64,000 nt of DNA. Origin: Blasia pusilla (lineage: Eukaryota). Within the stretch, counting starts at the first letter, position 1. Every line of letters begins with the position of its first letter. Positions 38,100-53,600 of the stretch are shown piece after piece. The stretch spans positions 4,278,001-4,342,000 of the forward strand of contig CM114271.1 in assembly GCA_050084515.1 (NCBI GenBank). The letters are read 5' to 3'. The position numbers and the translations under genes were made by a program. Under the pieces are notes generated by a model. That model was not told the origin of the DNA. It was given only the letters and a program-made list of their open reading frames with translations, and ran no database searches.

Positions 38100-39430
38100 T
38101 ACCAATCTTCTTACGTAGTTATAAAGGTACAATGATATGGAAAGGACCGTGTTCCAAGCAAGAGCCATGACTTCATTGATGTAGAACTAGTGGAGATGCC
38201 ACATGGAGAGTATGCACTGTTTCAATTTTTGTTTAGATGTGACATTGACGATATGGTTGTCTTCAATAGCATGGTTAAGGAGCATGATCAACATCTTGCG
38301 TATGTGTTTCAACGATTGTTATTATATGAACTGCAGTAATGTGACATCCATGCAAGTGCCAATATTTCTATGACAAAATCAAGTACATGGGTCATATAGT
38401 ATACCCAAGTAGACTTAGTGTTCAACATATAAAGATTTAGACTATTTTGCGCATTCTACACCCTAAAGATGAGCTAAGTTTGGGCATTCAGGGGATTGGC
38501 GAGCTTCTATCGATGGTAGGTCAAGGGATTTCATGCGATTGCAAAGCCTTTGACCTTATTCATGAAGGTGATCAAGAGTTATAGTGGAGGATGAGTAGAA
38601 GAGAGCATTTCAATTGCTTAAGGACTAATTGGCATTTGTGGCTATCTTTAGGAAACCAATTAGGGGGCATCCTTTCCAATTGCAGATTGATTGGATTATG
38701 TTGGAATCTTGAGCAGTGTTCACCAAAAGTGATGATGAGGGTAGAGAAATTCCAGTGGTTTATGCTAGCCGCTCGAACAATGCTACAAAGGAAAAGTACA
38801 ACTCTTATGAGGGAGAATGCTTGGCTGAAATATGGGCCATTGTACATTTTAGGTGTTTTGTTTTTTGGTAATCCTTTTTCTTTCATCATCGATAATCAAC
38901 CATTGAAATGGTGGATGGAGTCCCACGAGCTTACAAGAAGGTTTTGTTGTTGTAGGGTTATGATTCGCAAATGGTATACCAACTTAAGAGACTTAATCGA
39001 GATGCAAAATGGGTTGAGTCATAACCCATGCGAGATGCGATTGGAACTTGTTGGCATCTTGAAAGTGATCATGCAAGCAAACCTTTAATTGGTGGCGAGG
39101 CATGCAAACAAACCTTTAATAGTTTGTTGCCATGTGTATGGTATCTGCTCAGGTGCGAGTATTGTACAATGCTATGACTCCACAATTGCATCCACTATAG
39201 ATCTTGGGTTTAGGCTACCGATGGAATTTAAATTTTGCAAGGCCTTTACTATTGAAGGAGTGCCACAACCATTATGTGTTGGTGACGATCGAGTAGTATG
39301 ACAAATACTTCTTGAAGTGAATAGAGTTGGCTAGATTATTTGACAAGGCGAGTGAGGGAGTAGCGTATGCACTCCTCAATCGAGTGTAGATTCAATTTGG
39401 TGTACCACTAAAAGTGTTGACGAACCATGG
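38100..39430 (+). mobile_element. Old, internally deleted pol relic of the same Gypsy family
   Basis: Remnants of LVEMPHGEYA, DIDD, YASRSNN..SSYEGECLA, FGNPFSFIIDNQPLKW and integrase; its 3' part duplicates 17870-18220. Confidence 0.75.
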
Positions 39431-40449
39431 ATGCTTGTGGATGGAGAGGCAAAGGTGGGAATGAGATGAAAAAAAAGTTTTTCATCACAAATAAGTCTAT
39501 CCTATGGATGGAAATATTTTTGTCTATGAGATACAAGTTTTTATAGGAGATGTTTTTGTAATTACTTGCCTCCATGTCTAGACTCCATTGTTGAATGTGT
39601 TAGCCTAATGCTTTGTGTGTGTGGTTAGTAACGATATGCACATATGTGTACAACAACACAATCCTCATGACTAACAACAAAGAGGACGTAATTAAAAATC
39701 ACCACAAAAGATTGAACTTTCTTCCAAATGAAATATCTCTCGAATGAGCGAAAACATTCCTATAATGACCTGAAATGCATAGTGATCTTCCCCCTCAACA
39801 AAGCATATTAAAGTGGCTCAATCGTGTAGCTCGTTGAGCTAGTGTTTGTGTTGGCTTGTTACCATTTTTCTTTTTGCATTCTTGTATGCATTTTTTTACT
39901 CCTCTTTTGAATTGTTATTACCTTTCCTTGTCCTCTTATGAGGATATTTTTATAATAAAGTGGATATATTTTATATTAAAGCTAAGCCCCCATAAGCAAC
40001 AAGAAAGGTTCCACGTGTCTCACGCATCCTTAAGAGAGTTTAGATACGTAGGTATACGAGCTACGAAGTCGTATACTTACGACTTATGGGACATCCGTAT
40101 CTCTGACAAAGTACGAAGTTACGAACCAGGAAAGCCCCCCGGAAGGACCCAATATCGTCAAACGGACTTGAAATGGGTCTTTGCTCTTAAGTCGCCCTCT
40201 CGAGGGAGTGCTGAAACGGACGACGAGGGGGCTACTTAAGCGTAGAGGATCGGGGAAATCGATTGGAAAACGCAGCGGAGTCTGAAACGGGCGAGGAGGG
40301 GGAGCTGTTTAAGCGTAGAGGAGCGGGGAAATCGATTGTAAAGCACAGCGGAGAGTAGTCGGGGCAGGTCGAAGACTGATCGACTGAGTGAAGTTTTTAC
40401 GAGCACGAAGAGGAGGGTCGCAGGTCCCACACCTTCTAGATCAGCAATC

Positions 40450-43309
40450 ATGGTCTTGAAGCTCTACGGCGAGTTTACTTCCCAGCCTTGCAGGGCTGTT
40501 GCAGTTTTTCTGAAGTAACATCTCTTATCCTCATGTTCAGCTGAATGAAGGGATTATGCTGTGTAGTACCCTGCCTTATTGTTTGTCTTGTGAAATTCTT
40601 TCGAAGTCGTACATGCTCAACACGCGTATCAGTACGCTCGCAGTAGGAGTTATTTTACATCCTGAGAGGGTCCCTTTTTGTTGTTAGTATCGTCGAAGAT
40701 ACTCGGAAAGTGCTATATGTACGATGGAAGAGTTACGCAACTCAACTTGTTACCAATTCTCCACATTGTTCTTATGTCGTATCACAAGTCAGGACACCAT
40801 AATTCTTGTTGAGTTGGCCATACTTTCATTCGGCAATGTTGGTTCTCTGCTTTATTTGGCTCAAAATAGTTCAATTTGTAGTCCACAATTCTGGAAGCGG
40901 TGTAGTTCGTGGATTTGGAATGTAGCTTCGGCCAGCCTCTTCCAACCGGCCGATCGAAAATTCTGATGGAACATGCGTTGATTAAGAGGGTGTAATATTT
41001 TGATTTTGTAGTCAATCGTTACTTTAGGCAAATGATTTTAGCCGTTTTCTCTGATGGACAAGCTACCTTTCTTGGACATTGAATCAGGCATTTAGATGAG
41101 TGTGCTAGCCAATCAAGAAATGCTGTCACTATTGCAACTTATCGAGTCATTACCTCCTGGAACCTGTAATGCAGAGTCAACAATATCGAATACGATTTCA
41201 ACATTGTGCACCTTGGGAAACTCGAGCATAGAAGCCCCGCGTTCTTAGGTGCGGTATATGCGGCCCTTTGCGGAGTTCCCCTATTGCCTTTTCAAGCTTT
41301 TAGAGATCGATTTCAAATTATCTAACTGCTGTCATCTTATGAGTGGATGCTAAGCTGAAAGATGTGATTTATATCCAGCGGAAATCTGCAAAGATGATCG
41401 TAACTTCAAGCTGTCATCATACGACACCTCGCATCTGTAACGCTAGACTGAGTTCCTGCCAAGAGTAACAGAAGAGTAGTAGACAATACAATTTTTTCGC
41501 TTCCATGTCCTGCCGAAATTGGCCTTGTTACTTTTCAAGAGAGTGCGCAATTCGGACTAGTATCATGGAAGTTGCCCCACGTAGTAGTTCTCTGTCAGCA
41601 AAAGGTTTAAGTCTAAGAACGTTTTCTCACGTTGCCTCTTCCAATGTGCAGCTGTCAATCCTATGGGGCAAATACCAGCCATCGATGATGATGGTTTTTG
41701 TCTTGCCGAAGGGTGATTCCTGAAAACCTAGGTCCTTGAATGTGGGACATGCCAATGGTTTGACTGTGATATGTCGTCGCAGGATAGTCTCAATGATAGA
41801 TGTGGAACAACATTTCCCCTCTGTATATTGCATTCGTGAATGGTAGATGTAGAACAACATTTTCCCTCCGGATAATGCATTCGTGGTCGACCTGAGGTTC
41901 GTGTATGTCGAGGCAGTTCAAGCGAATTCCTGTTACAATTTGAATGTCTTAACGTGTCAAATGAATGTTACATGAGAAAAGCTGTCTAGAATATTTCGCG
42001 AGTACCGTGTTTCTGATTCCCCTCTGGAATTTGTCATATCTTTGATCGGCTCGACGAGAAAACATGAGTCTCACCCGGTGGCAGCGCTTTGGATGTTGCT
42101 GGATTGTCTCCAAAAAGTTTCACACGACATGTGACGTCTGAATATGATTGATTTGATGTATACATTGTGAAAGAGGTTTTCTAATTCGGGCTACGTCTGT
42201 GTTTGGCAGCGTTACAATTTTGAAATACCTCTGTGCTACACGCTCTGTACCCGCTCACTGGTGAGTCCAAGCGTTTCATTCCTTCGCTTCTGACACCGAA
42301 ATCCCAAAACGCCGTTCAGTCATAGCGGAAGTCGACGAGCTTCTCTCCTTGTCTTTGGCATGAGAACAGCAGATTTCTGATCACTTGAAGACAAATTCTG
42401 GGGCCTGCTTTAATTGCAATAAGTGTGTCAGGTGTGTGAAGTGTGAAAGGTTTGTTTCTTAGATCAAACTTTAGGACCTTACAAGAAACGGTATATGTAT
42501 GGGTACACACTAGGAAATTGCTCAGTATTAGCTGATGAACTTGAAGATTTTTCCGAGACAGGTACCCTGCAGATGTGAAGCAAAGGGCTAAACTAGACTG
42601 GATATTGGATTGGTACCATTCCAATCTTCGTAAAACTGCATGTAAGACTCTGTAAGTCTATATTCTATTCGAGCTTTTGGTTGATACCCCTGAGATATTC
42701 TCATTATGAATCATTGCTTGTCGATGGATCACTTCAACTAGATCTTTACTGTTGTGCAGTCTACGTTTTCCACACGGTTTTAGCGCCAATGTATGGATTA
42801 CGGAGTATGGGCGAGAAAGCGATTCGAGACTTTGAGACGGCGATGACGTTCTCCCTAGAGTTCATTGAAGCCAATTGGTTAACGGCGGATGGCCCTTTTC
42901 TCTTGGGTGCCACTGAGCCGTCCTTGGCCGATCTCGTTCTGGTTTGCGAAGTGGAGCAGCTAGTGGTAAGTTCCCCTCTTCGACTCCATCACGCTAATTA
43001 TAGTTGTCCTAAATTTGTGGATAATTCCGTCGGATTTTGTTTAGGTGTGAGTGTGAAAACTAATGAGCGATCTGTGATTTCCTTCCTCCGGATCTTGTGC
43101 TTTATGCGGACGTGGGGGCTGGATTGCAGTTGCTGAACAAGGAAGGTCAGGAAGCGGCGCTGGGTAAAAGGGAGAAAATCAAACAGTGGGCCATAGCGGT
43201 CAAGGAGAAGCTAAATCCGCACTACGCAGAAGTGTGCGCAACGATCTTTGAAACGGCGAAAGTTCTGGAGGAGAAGAGGAATACACATGCCAAGCAAGCG
43301 GCATTGTAG
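40450..43309 (+). CDS. GSTT: Glutathione S-transferase, theta class; 7 exons (40450-40514, 41175-41248, 41652-41712, 42210-42260, 42562-42641, 42760-42965, 43130-43309), 238 aa
   Basis: All introns GT-AG; exons sum to 717 nt in frame. Motifs MVLKLYGEFTSQPCRAV, VNPMGQIPAI, HWYPADVKQRAKLDWILDWYHSNLR, FLLGATEPSLADLVLVCEVEQL. Confidence 0.93.
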
Positions 43310-45569
43310 AGACCGGATTCTAAATCCGTAACTAATAAAGGTTGCTTGCGGCAGCTCGCCGCGAAGTGGCGATGTTTCTCAACGTCATATCACTAGTCCC
43401 TACCGGAGCTGTGTCCTGTGGTGATGGCCGAATGTCTCCCGGCCTAGTACTATGGACGGGAGGTCGCGGTGATGAGTTTTGTGTGGCGTCGCTAGAATTT
43501 CTGCGCCAAAGTTTTGGGAGCAGAAACTGTCCAGTCTTGCCACCCTAACAAATATCCAACCGAACCTATCCATACGATATCATCACTCAAATTCGGAGGT
43601 CCCCGGGAGCCCTAGTTATGGTGAATCGCCGTTTGAAGAAACGAAAACTATTTATCAGCACGGCCATTTCGCAGGGACGGGCGAAAGAAAATTAATTAAT
43701 TTGAATTCTTCTATATTTATTAAACATACTCGCATGGACTGAAGTATCGTTTCTTCCAAAGTGGCCCCATTAACCAGTTTTTTTTCTTCTCGGATTGTGG
43801 TCGCATGAATGATGTAAAGGTAACCTCCATGGCCATCTTTTCTGATGACGTTCGACAAGATGCATCGCCCCCAAACTAGTAAAAGTGGTCGGTTTGCCTT
43901 TCGGGTTGTGGAAATTTGCTAGGGTCACTACATTTCATGCGCCCAAAACTTTTGGGCGCAAAAGAGAAGTGGCCTCGCGCCCTCCCCATGTGGCAAGGAC
44001 TTTGAAAAAGCGGGTTGCTGGTTGTCAAGAATCCGCTCGCCTTCCACCATTTCCATTATCTGCAATCCTTCCGAGAGTGATGATCTCGTAGAGTGACAGG
44101 CGAGTCGCGAGCATATTTGAAAATTTATGATTTCCCATTGTAGCACATTTCAATCCGAGCGACCCAATCTCAAATTCGTGAAGGTGTGGAATTTGTGGAG
44201 GTGGATTTCTGCCATCGCTGATCTATGCACAATACTTTTTTCTAGCCACATGTTGCAACGTATTGATTTGCTGCAGCAGGGCATTACAACCTATCGTGCT
44301 TGAGCTTGTGTTTTTAGATAAAATTTCCTTGTTCCTGTTGGGTTATAGGCAAGTATAATGTCGTTGCTGGATTATCCTTGCGTTGGTTGCGAACAAAGAG
44401 TTCCATTCTCTCTTCCACCCAATTATTCGAGTCTCCCTCTTCTTTCTATCTTTCGGTATCTAGATCTCGATCCCTGTCCAAAATCTTCTATCAATCAGGA
44501 TGAATCTACATGAAGAGAGCGAGCGCGCTCTCGATCAGTCCCCACAGACATATGCATACAGCAACCGCATCCCGCACTAAAGCGCCAATTATGTTCTTTT
44601 TCCCCTCCTCCACCTCCTCTTTCCTCCTCTTTCGTCCTCAGATCTTTTCTTCTTCTTCTTCTTTCCTTCGATCGTGGGCCTCACTTCGCCAAATTACACA
44701 ACATCCCTCCTCCTCCTCCTTTCCTTCGATTCGTTGCACTTTCTTCGTCATCTCATTTCTGTCTGTCTTGACTTCCGTCCGTCTGTCCTTCCTACTCTTT
44801 GTCATCCTCCCCTCCACAATCGCGTTTTCGTGCGGTCGTTGCCCTATCGGCTCGACCCTCATCCTCACCTCGTTTGCTTGTTTCCGTTCCTCCACGGAGG
44901 GATTGCTACATTAGACCGTGTGGTGGATCCGTAACTTACCAACAATGTGACGTAGGAGGACAAGCGTTTCTTGCGAATAAAGTTCCATTCTCGCTCCCAG
45001 AGTTGTGTCTTACATACACCGCAGTCCCTCGAATTCTGAGTAGTTCGACTTTCCTCCCCGCACCGATTGTCCCCCACTTCTTTGAAACTCATTCACACAT
45101 TCCCAAGCTGGCTTGTGGATTGTTACATGGGTGGTGCGTTCACTCCATCCCGAGCTTGTCTGCGGATTTGATGATTATATTCCATTTTCTATGTATGAGT
45201 TGATTGCGCCCGTTACGGGCACTCTGAACGCTTCAATATATAGTGTCTTGAATGTCACTAGGAAGCAGTTTACCATCTCTTGCAAATACCCAAGCGTCAT
45301 ACTTAGGGTTTTAGGGTTTTATTGTAGTGCACACATCTTGGATTATTTGCCGGGAGTTCAGCTCGTAGCAATTCTCCTTCAGCCGATATGACATGGTTCT
45401 AGTGGGTTGGTATGAAGTGGCATTTTTGTAGAATAAGGAGTTTTGGAGAATTGGAGGATCATAAATAGAAGCGGGATATCCGATAAACACATCCAAGAAC
45501 TATAGTCTTGAATCAACGATAGCTTCTATAGCTTTTAGGACTATACTATATTTTTGAATTTGCTCCTAT

Positions 45570-46610
45570 TGGTAGTTCTAGGAGTGAGTCACAACAATTG
45601 CACCGCAAAAATTCGAAAAGCCATGTTGTGCTTCCAAATCAGATTTAATCCTCTCAATATGCTGTCCTTTTGGCCAACTGATTGGCCCATGAACCTCCTC
45701 CACAAGAGCATTAGTAACTATGACTCTAGATAACCTACACAATTGTAGACTACCCAACGTTGAAGAGCTCTGCGATCCCTTTTGTGTGATTCCCTATGGC
45801 AAGACAACGTAGATCCATCGAGTCTTTAGCATTTCAAAAAGGAAGTCAAATGTATTGCCACTCACACGAAAGGAAGCTCTAAAACACTCTTGATGATGTC
45901 TTCGTAAAATATTTTCATCAATAAAAAGACATGTAAATCCCATGGGTCGTGGTAGAATATACCAAGGGGAGGAGATGCAACATGGCATAGTACTTGCATT
46001 GTTAATCATCATTGAGTGGAAGGAGAAGAGAGCACGAGAACAAAAGAGGGACCTCCTACATCTACCATAGGAGAGAAGAAGACGAAGAGAAAGAATTTCA
46101 TTTCCAAGCAGAAAAGAAAGAAGCAACAAGAATGTAATCAAAGAATCCGATTCATCGTTCCGCCAAAGATGTAAAGCATCCATAATTGGAAAAAAAGTCG
46201 AGGAGAATGATGGAAAAAAAGGCCAATGAAAGTAAAGGAAAAAAACCTACTATAGTACAAATGAGAAAAACAAAGTAAATAACAAAGAGATAAGAAAAAT
46301 AGAGAAAGAGAAGGTTGGAGTAAGGGGAAGGGTGGAGGGAAATGTAAAGGGGGGTTAAAATGTAAAGGGGATTTATGGGGGAGGAGAGGAGGGAGCAGGT
46401 GCATGTAGTGGTGGAGGGGATTTCAGTTAGAGGTATTAGAGGGGAGATTTATTTTTTCAATAAGGGAAACACGCACCTTCAGTTAGGGAAATAGGTAGGT
46501 AGACATGCCACATGTTCGGCCTGAAATTGATTGAGAACCGCCGGCCAATTAGAGGTTTCAGCCATAAGGGCGTTTCTTGGGGTTGTACGCAACCCCAAGA
46601 AAAAAGGCCC
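45570..46610 (-). mobile_element. PIF/Harbinger transposon 5' fragment
   Basis: FRASFRVSGNTFDFLFEML and WPKGQHIERIK..GF.NFCGAIVVTH (decayed GAIDGTH). Terminus GGGCC next to TTA/TAA at 46610. Subterminal palindrome at 46573-46602. Confidence 0.7.
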
Positions 46611-47629
46611 TTAGACGAAGTCATTTTGGTCTTTTAGGATTTTCTTCCGAAAATGGCAACTCCTTATATTCCTCAGGAGTCGGACTCATACTCGAATTGG
46701 AGTGGGTAGGCCCTCAAAGTCAAGGAGGGATTCTTTGGGAATACTAATATCTCTTCACGATCATTCCCTCATGATTTTTGCTTTCTTGGTGCGTTTCATC
46801 CCATATGTCGTGCGCATACATATCGCTACACAACATACATCGCTGGTCACATCTACACCACACAACACCAATCTTCCCCACACACGGGTCAATCCACACA
46901 TGTACAAAAATCAACTTATACATATACATGGAGATCACACAACAAAAATAAAGAGTAGTAAAACTAGCACACCCGGCCTAGAACTCCACTCCTCAATCTA
47001 CATCGGCATATCGAGCCTGCGCTATCAAGAAATCCGGACGCTAGCACCCTAGTCCTATCTCACACACATACAAGAGAGGTGCTCCAACGACCCAACATGA
47101 GAAAGATGGCTAAGGAAAGCCATCCTCCTCTCTTATATAGGGTTGGGAAGAGCCAAAAGCCTCTTCCCCTAAAAATAACCATCCCCTTGGTAACCTCCGC
47201 GCACAGGTTACCAAGGGCGGGTGACCTGGTCAACAAATCACCCAGTTGTGGAAGACCTCAACAGGAAAGTTTTCAGAAACAACGTTCCTGACACAATGGA
47301 CAGATCCTCAACCTCATTCGACACCGTGGGACAAAGTTACACTCAAGATAGTCCGTTGGCTCCTACGCCCTACCCACGATAGATCTCGGCCTATCGGCGA
47401 TTCAAATGTGACAGCTGTCGTGCGCATACATATCGCTGCACAACATACATCGTTGGTCACATCTATACCACACAACACCAATCTCCCCCACACACGGGTC
47501 AATCCACACATATAAAAAAATAAACTTATAAATATACATGGAGATCACACAACCGCCCCCCTAGTTGGCAGTTGGATCCCCCCAACTCCAGATAGAAAAT
47601 ATCACATCTCTCTGACATGACCTACTACC

Positions 47630-50600
47630 GTATACACATCTCGGACACATCCATCATCATGTGGGAACTACATCAAGAGGGGGGTTCAGACATGACATAT
47701 GCCACCCTCGAGAACAACCATCACATACCAACATGGTGGCTACACCCCTCGCAGATCCGTACAACATACACCTCAAGCCTGCAGGTACCACTGCCCAGCT
47801 CAGATCCATAGTCCCATTTACGTTTGGAAGATAACATGGCGCACAATTGCGCATATGATCCTTCCAAACCATACAATCCCGTCCCTCCAACATGAGGACT
47901 CTGGTCAGTAATACCTCACGCACATAGGATCGTGCGCCCTACAGTGATATCTAGCATCGTGGATGCCGCCTGCTGTAAATACACGTAATCTCCAGGATGA
48001 AACCTCATAATCCCTGGATGATAACCTCCTCCATAAATAGTCGTGTACCTCTGTGTATCTCTATGTTGAGCAATAGCTAAGTTCTCACAGGCCATAGGCA
48101 TAACTCTACGAAAAATCTCCGCCCTCTGAGAACACGCTTGTACCCACACAACTAGATCATCAAGATCTAACACCTCCGCCATATCACGTCAAATAGCTGC
48201 AAGTAAATCTGGCTCTCTCCCAAAGAGCAAAAATTATGGTGAAAATAACGCCAAGGATGCCTGCCGACTAAAGCGATAATCCATAGCCAACCATGTCAAG
48301 TGTAGGTCCTACTCCCTCAACTGTCCTCGCTGCAAGCCATACTTACGCAATCCTCTCTTCATTGTCTGTACTACTCTCTCCGCCAACCCATCCGCCTCAG
48401 GATGATATCTGGACGTGGTACAGTGATCTATTAGCGCCTGATCACACAAGGCCTGAAACTCTCCCCTAAACTCGATACCCTGGTCAGTCAACACCTCCGT
48501 CGATGCACCAAAGTGACTAAGCACACGATCTAGAAACGCATAAGTTGTTCCCTTGCTCACCTTGTCCGGTAGTGCCACCAACTCTATCCACTTGGAGAAA
48601 TGCTCCACCATGACCAACACGTACATGTGATGACAGCCCGTCAATGGCAAAGGTCCCGCAAAGTCTAAACTCCACCGATAATCTAAACCCATAATCGGAA
48701 AAGGATATAACTACAAAGTGGGAGCATTGAAGGATGCTTGCACTGTGTCACATACCATACATATGGCCACAAACTGTTGTACCCCAGTATGCATGTCGCG
48801 CCACCAATACTAAATCTGGAGTAAGTTGTAAGTACGCTTCACTCCAAAATGTCCCAACTCCTCATGGGCATGTCGCACTACACGTGCTCGCTCAGAAGGA
48901 TGAGGTACCACTCCTATCCTACCATCTCCCCATACCCGCAAAATGTGAATCCCCTCCCACCTGAACCTCCTGGCTCGCTGTAGGATCCGATCCCGCTCCC
49001 TAGCACTCACTATGCTTGCTATGAGGCCACTGTGCAAGAACTCCATAACCTCCACGTCGTCATGGATATCTCGACCACCTGTTGCCTCCTCACTGACCTC
49101 CAGATCCAAAGACTCATCATCCAACCCCACCATTGGAGTCATCACCTGTGCTGACCTACCATAGTCAACCAAAAAAGATAGACATATGCATGCCAACCGA
49201 GCACCATCTCCTCATCACTCTCTCCCTGCCATCGAGCTCCTGTATGGTCTCTCTGACTCGGATATGGGTTACGACTCAACCCATCCGCATCCTGGTTCAC
49301 CCGGCCTGGCTTATGAACCACCTCAAACTCATACTCTTGTAGTAATAGAGCCCACCTGGCAAGCTTTCCCATAAGCTTCTCGGACTCCATCAACCACCTC
49401 AACGGCTGATGATCAATGATAAGTGTGAAAGGGTTGCCGAATAAATAGCACCTGAAATGTGCCACGGCCCACACTACAGCCAAGCACTCTCCCTCATAGG
49501 AGCTGTACTTTGCCTCTGCAATGTTGTGTGATCGGCTCGCGTAAGCCACAACGAACTCCCTCTCCTCGTCATCCCTGTGAGTAAGCACTGCTCCTAGACC
49601 CAACATGCTCCAATCCGTATGTAACTAGAATGGGCGACCCCTAACCAGTCTCTATAAAATGGATGAGGACGTTAACCTGTCCTTGAGCTCTTGAATTGCT
49701 CACTCCTGATCATCTCCCCACAACCAAACCTGATCAAGTCTTGTCAACAAGGTCAAAGACTTTGCGATCGCACTAAAACCCTTGACATACCGTCCATAGA
49801 AGTCTGCTAGTCCAAGAAACGCTCGGACTCAACTCACATTTGTAGGGCATGGAATCTACGCAATAGCCTCCACCTTTGTCTGATGAACGCCTAACCCACT
49901 CCAATATATGGTGTGTCCCAAGTACTCAATCAGATCCTAAGAGAATCTTCACTTGCCTGGATGTAACTTCAGTCCATGTAACTGCAATTGCCGAAACAAC
50001 TCCTCCAGTGTCGCTCATGCTCCTCAACCGTGGAACTGAAGATAAGAATGTCATCTATGTAACATCGTACAAAATCCAAGCCAGCCAAAATCCTATCCAT
50101 CACTCTCTAAAACTCCGCAGGCGCGTTCTTTAACCCAAATGGTAAGAACCGCCACTGATACAAGCAATCTCTCCCGAACCGATCTATCCCCCAGAATGTT
50201 GTCTTCACCCTGTCCTCCAACTTGATAGGAAGCTGATGATAGCGAGCACATAGATCTAAAGTATTGAAGATCTTTGGATGCCCTACCGCATCAAAGATCT
50301 CCTCAGGAGTAGGCATGGCATACCGATCTGACCTGGTTTGTTGGTTGATAAGACCGTAATCTCCACACATCCGTCTATCCATCCAATTGCCATACATATC
50401 CTTCTTTGCCGGCATGACTGTGGCAGATGCATACTTCCCATGTGATAACTCCACAAGTCCTCCCTCCAACAAGTCCTGACTCTTGCTCTGAATCAAGGCT
50501 CGCTCCATATGAGAATACCTATGGGGTCGACGAAAGATCGGCGTATCACTAGCCAACTCAATCCGTTTCCCGAGACCCTTCAACGTACCCAAGTCTCTCA

Positions 50601-53600
50601 TACTGAAGGCAAAACAACTGACATGCCCTCTCAGAAACCTATGTACTTGCCGTTGCTCTCCTCCCATCAACTTGAGACCTATCACAGGCTCCCAAGTCTC
50701 CATCGTGATCTCACTCGGAGAGGACGCAACCTCCGGCTTTGGTTGCTTTGTAGCAACCCTAGCCACCTTCGCAATAGCCACTCTATTGTGATCTCCTACA
50801 CCATGATCCACATCCAAAAAATGAACATGTGCTACTCTCGCCGCCTTCGCACTCTCTGCTTGAATGACGTCCAAGGAAGTCCATGGGTGCCTATCTCTCC
50901 TCGTCTCGCCCCCAACCAATGCATGTACAGACCCTATAGGAAATGGTCCAACTTGTGGATGTAATGATATGGATGACACTCACATCCGTCTCTGCTCAAC
51001 CATACCTAGGCTGACTATCCATGTGAGACAGTTGAGGTCCATGGCCTGCCCCAACACCTGTCTCCGAGATGCCTCAATCATACCTCGCACCGCCGTAGTA
51101 CCCGTAGCAAACCCCATGGCGCGCTCACGCTCATCTGCTGTAGGCTCCTCTAATGCTCGGGTCATCTCATCCCAAATCATGTCTGGCCCTCCCTGACAAA
51201 AGGTATGGGATGCTGGGAAGCTCACCAACATTGGTAAGGCTACCCTAAACTCCCCCACCCTATTGGCCATCACCAACGGTGGTCTATCATCCCGCGTCAC
51301 CACCTGAGATCGACGCCCTGAGCCCAAAATAGCATCCACTATGAGATGTGGTGCAATCGAGACTCCATCGTATGCTCGACTCAGTACCTCTGATGGTATT
51401 ACGTTCGTCCACCACAGTCGTGGATGATGGGCATATGATCCAACTCTCGCTGCATCTAGCAACACGACAGGTCCCAACCAAGACCTCACCTGATGCACAC
51501 TCGTCATCACACGTGCACGAGTGTCTCCCAACAACGACACGTTCTCCAAAATGTACGTTGGAGAACATGTCTGACGCTCATGCAAGTGTCCTACTACTTG
51601 AAGCATCTCCCAAAACATCCCTAACCTCGGATCCTGCAATCCAAATCCTCGGCCAGCTTATGAATGACCCTCACATGGCCATCCAGCAATCACCAAATGA
51701 ATGGTGCCAACTCTATCTAGATCCAGCGCCCCCACGTCGGCGGATAGTGTATGTTGATATCCCCGTACTCTAGAGACCGAAAACAACTCAGGATATCTCT
51801 GGACCAATCTCGCTACGTGATGTAATGACACTCGCCGCGCAGTCTCATCTCTCTCCACATAAAGGTTCTAATGCACCCGTATGCCCGCCTGCAATACTAC
51901 AACCAATCTAGTGCTAATCCCTCCAAAGAGATCTAACACCCTAACACCCTCCTCTAGACACTGCCACACAATGGGTGTGATATCCAGTGGGGTCAACGTC
52001 TCCACTCTAGGGGCCCGATCATCACGTGACTCTTGCTGCTCCGAGATAAAGGCATGACTTCACGCCTGCCTCACAAGGTCGTGGGCACCCCTCTGTAGCT
52101 CTCGAGTCGTACTCCACAATGGTGAAGAGGTCTTGCCAACATGGGAAGAGACACCTGCCATGGTTTGTCTCTCTGTGGGACTATCCGCTACTGGGACATC
52201 CTCTGCATGTGCGTTCCCCTCCAACAACTCTCCTGGCCAACTAACACTACCTGTGAAAGCTGCCAACGTGGTCACAGACTCGTCTCGTGATCGACCACCT
52301 CGTCCCGCAAACTGCATGGGTAACTGACTCATCCGCCCGTCACTTGACCGACACCCTGGCTGATAAGCAATGATCTCCTCCCATAAGTCAAGGATGAATC
52401 TTAGGGGATATAACACTGTATTCCCCCACCAACACATCGTACGACTCAGATGGTGTCGTAATCGCACGTGTGCGCACCATAGCACTATCCGTCGCATGCT
52501 CTAGCTGGACTCTGACAACTATCTCCTATCGAGTCATATATTGTATGGGTGACGTGCCCCAAATCGAGGTCTCTATCTGGAAGGGACAAGGCTCAATGTC
52601 GGCCTTTTGTAACCCCAACGCTAAACACACCGCCTTCCCTAACATCAAGGGTTGCGCTCCCAAATCAAGTAGGGCGCGTTGCAGGTGGTAGACTCTCCCC
52701 GTTGGACTAACCAAGAAAAATACTCCAGGTCGGTTATCCAGTAACACTACTCCATGAGTCACCACTGCTCGCTCTATGGCCGGTCGAGCTGGCATATCTA
52801 CCAACTTCGCCGCCGCCGTATGCCATGACTATGTGGAGAACGTCCCAAGCACCGGCTCTGAGGGCAAGTCCACCACCTCCTCAACTACCTCTGAACAAGA
52901 AGCAGTCACCCCTCCACGCTCACACAACGTGGCGGCCAACCAAAACACCTCAGCTGGTCCAACTCCCAACGTCGCCAACTCTATGGCAGAAAATAGGGGA
53001 GTCTGACTCACTCTATGGCCACCTCCAACACTATGGTCGACATTGACTCCACTCGAGCCGGCATAGGAGTTGTCACTCCAACTCCTCGTGACGTCCACGT
53101 GGGTGCTTGAGTTGTAGGCACCGCTGGTCGTCGAGGCACCATCGATGGTGTGTGTAGTGCCTCGGACAATGTGAATGACTGTGGAACCCTAGCTTGGCAT
53201 CCATCGGTCCCCTCCGGTGGGTCAATCTCAACTCCACCTCTTGATGGCTTGGTGCCTCTCGTAGCAAACCGAGTCACCACTACAGCCGCCTCAACCTGAG
53301 CTGCACTACACATAAACCCCATACTGGCGAGATCCTCACCCGAGTCAGGGTAAGAGGTAGAAGCTGGAGCCACACTAGCTGCTCGTGGCTCCTTTCCTTC
53401 CCTGAGCTGCATCATCGTCATGGCAGCAATTCTCTGCTCCAACTGATTGATGCGTGAGAGAAGTGCCGACTTTGGTGCTCCTGCTCCATCTCCTCAGGCT
53501 GGTGGTGGTCCTCTACCACCACGTCCACGAAGAATTCCCCGAACTCCTCCAGGACGACCGTCCCCAAGCCCTCGGCCTGCCTCTTGACATGCCTCTCAAC

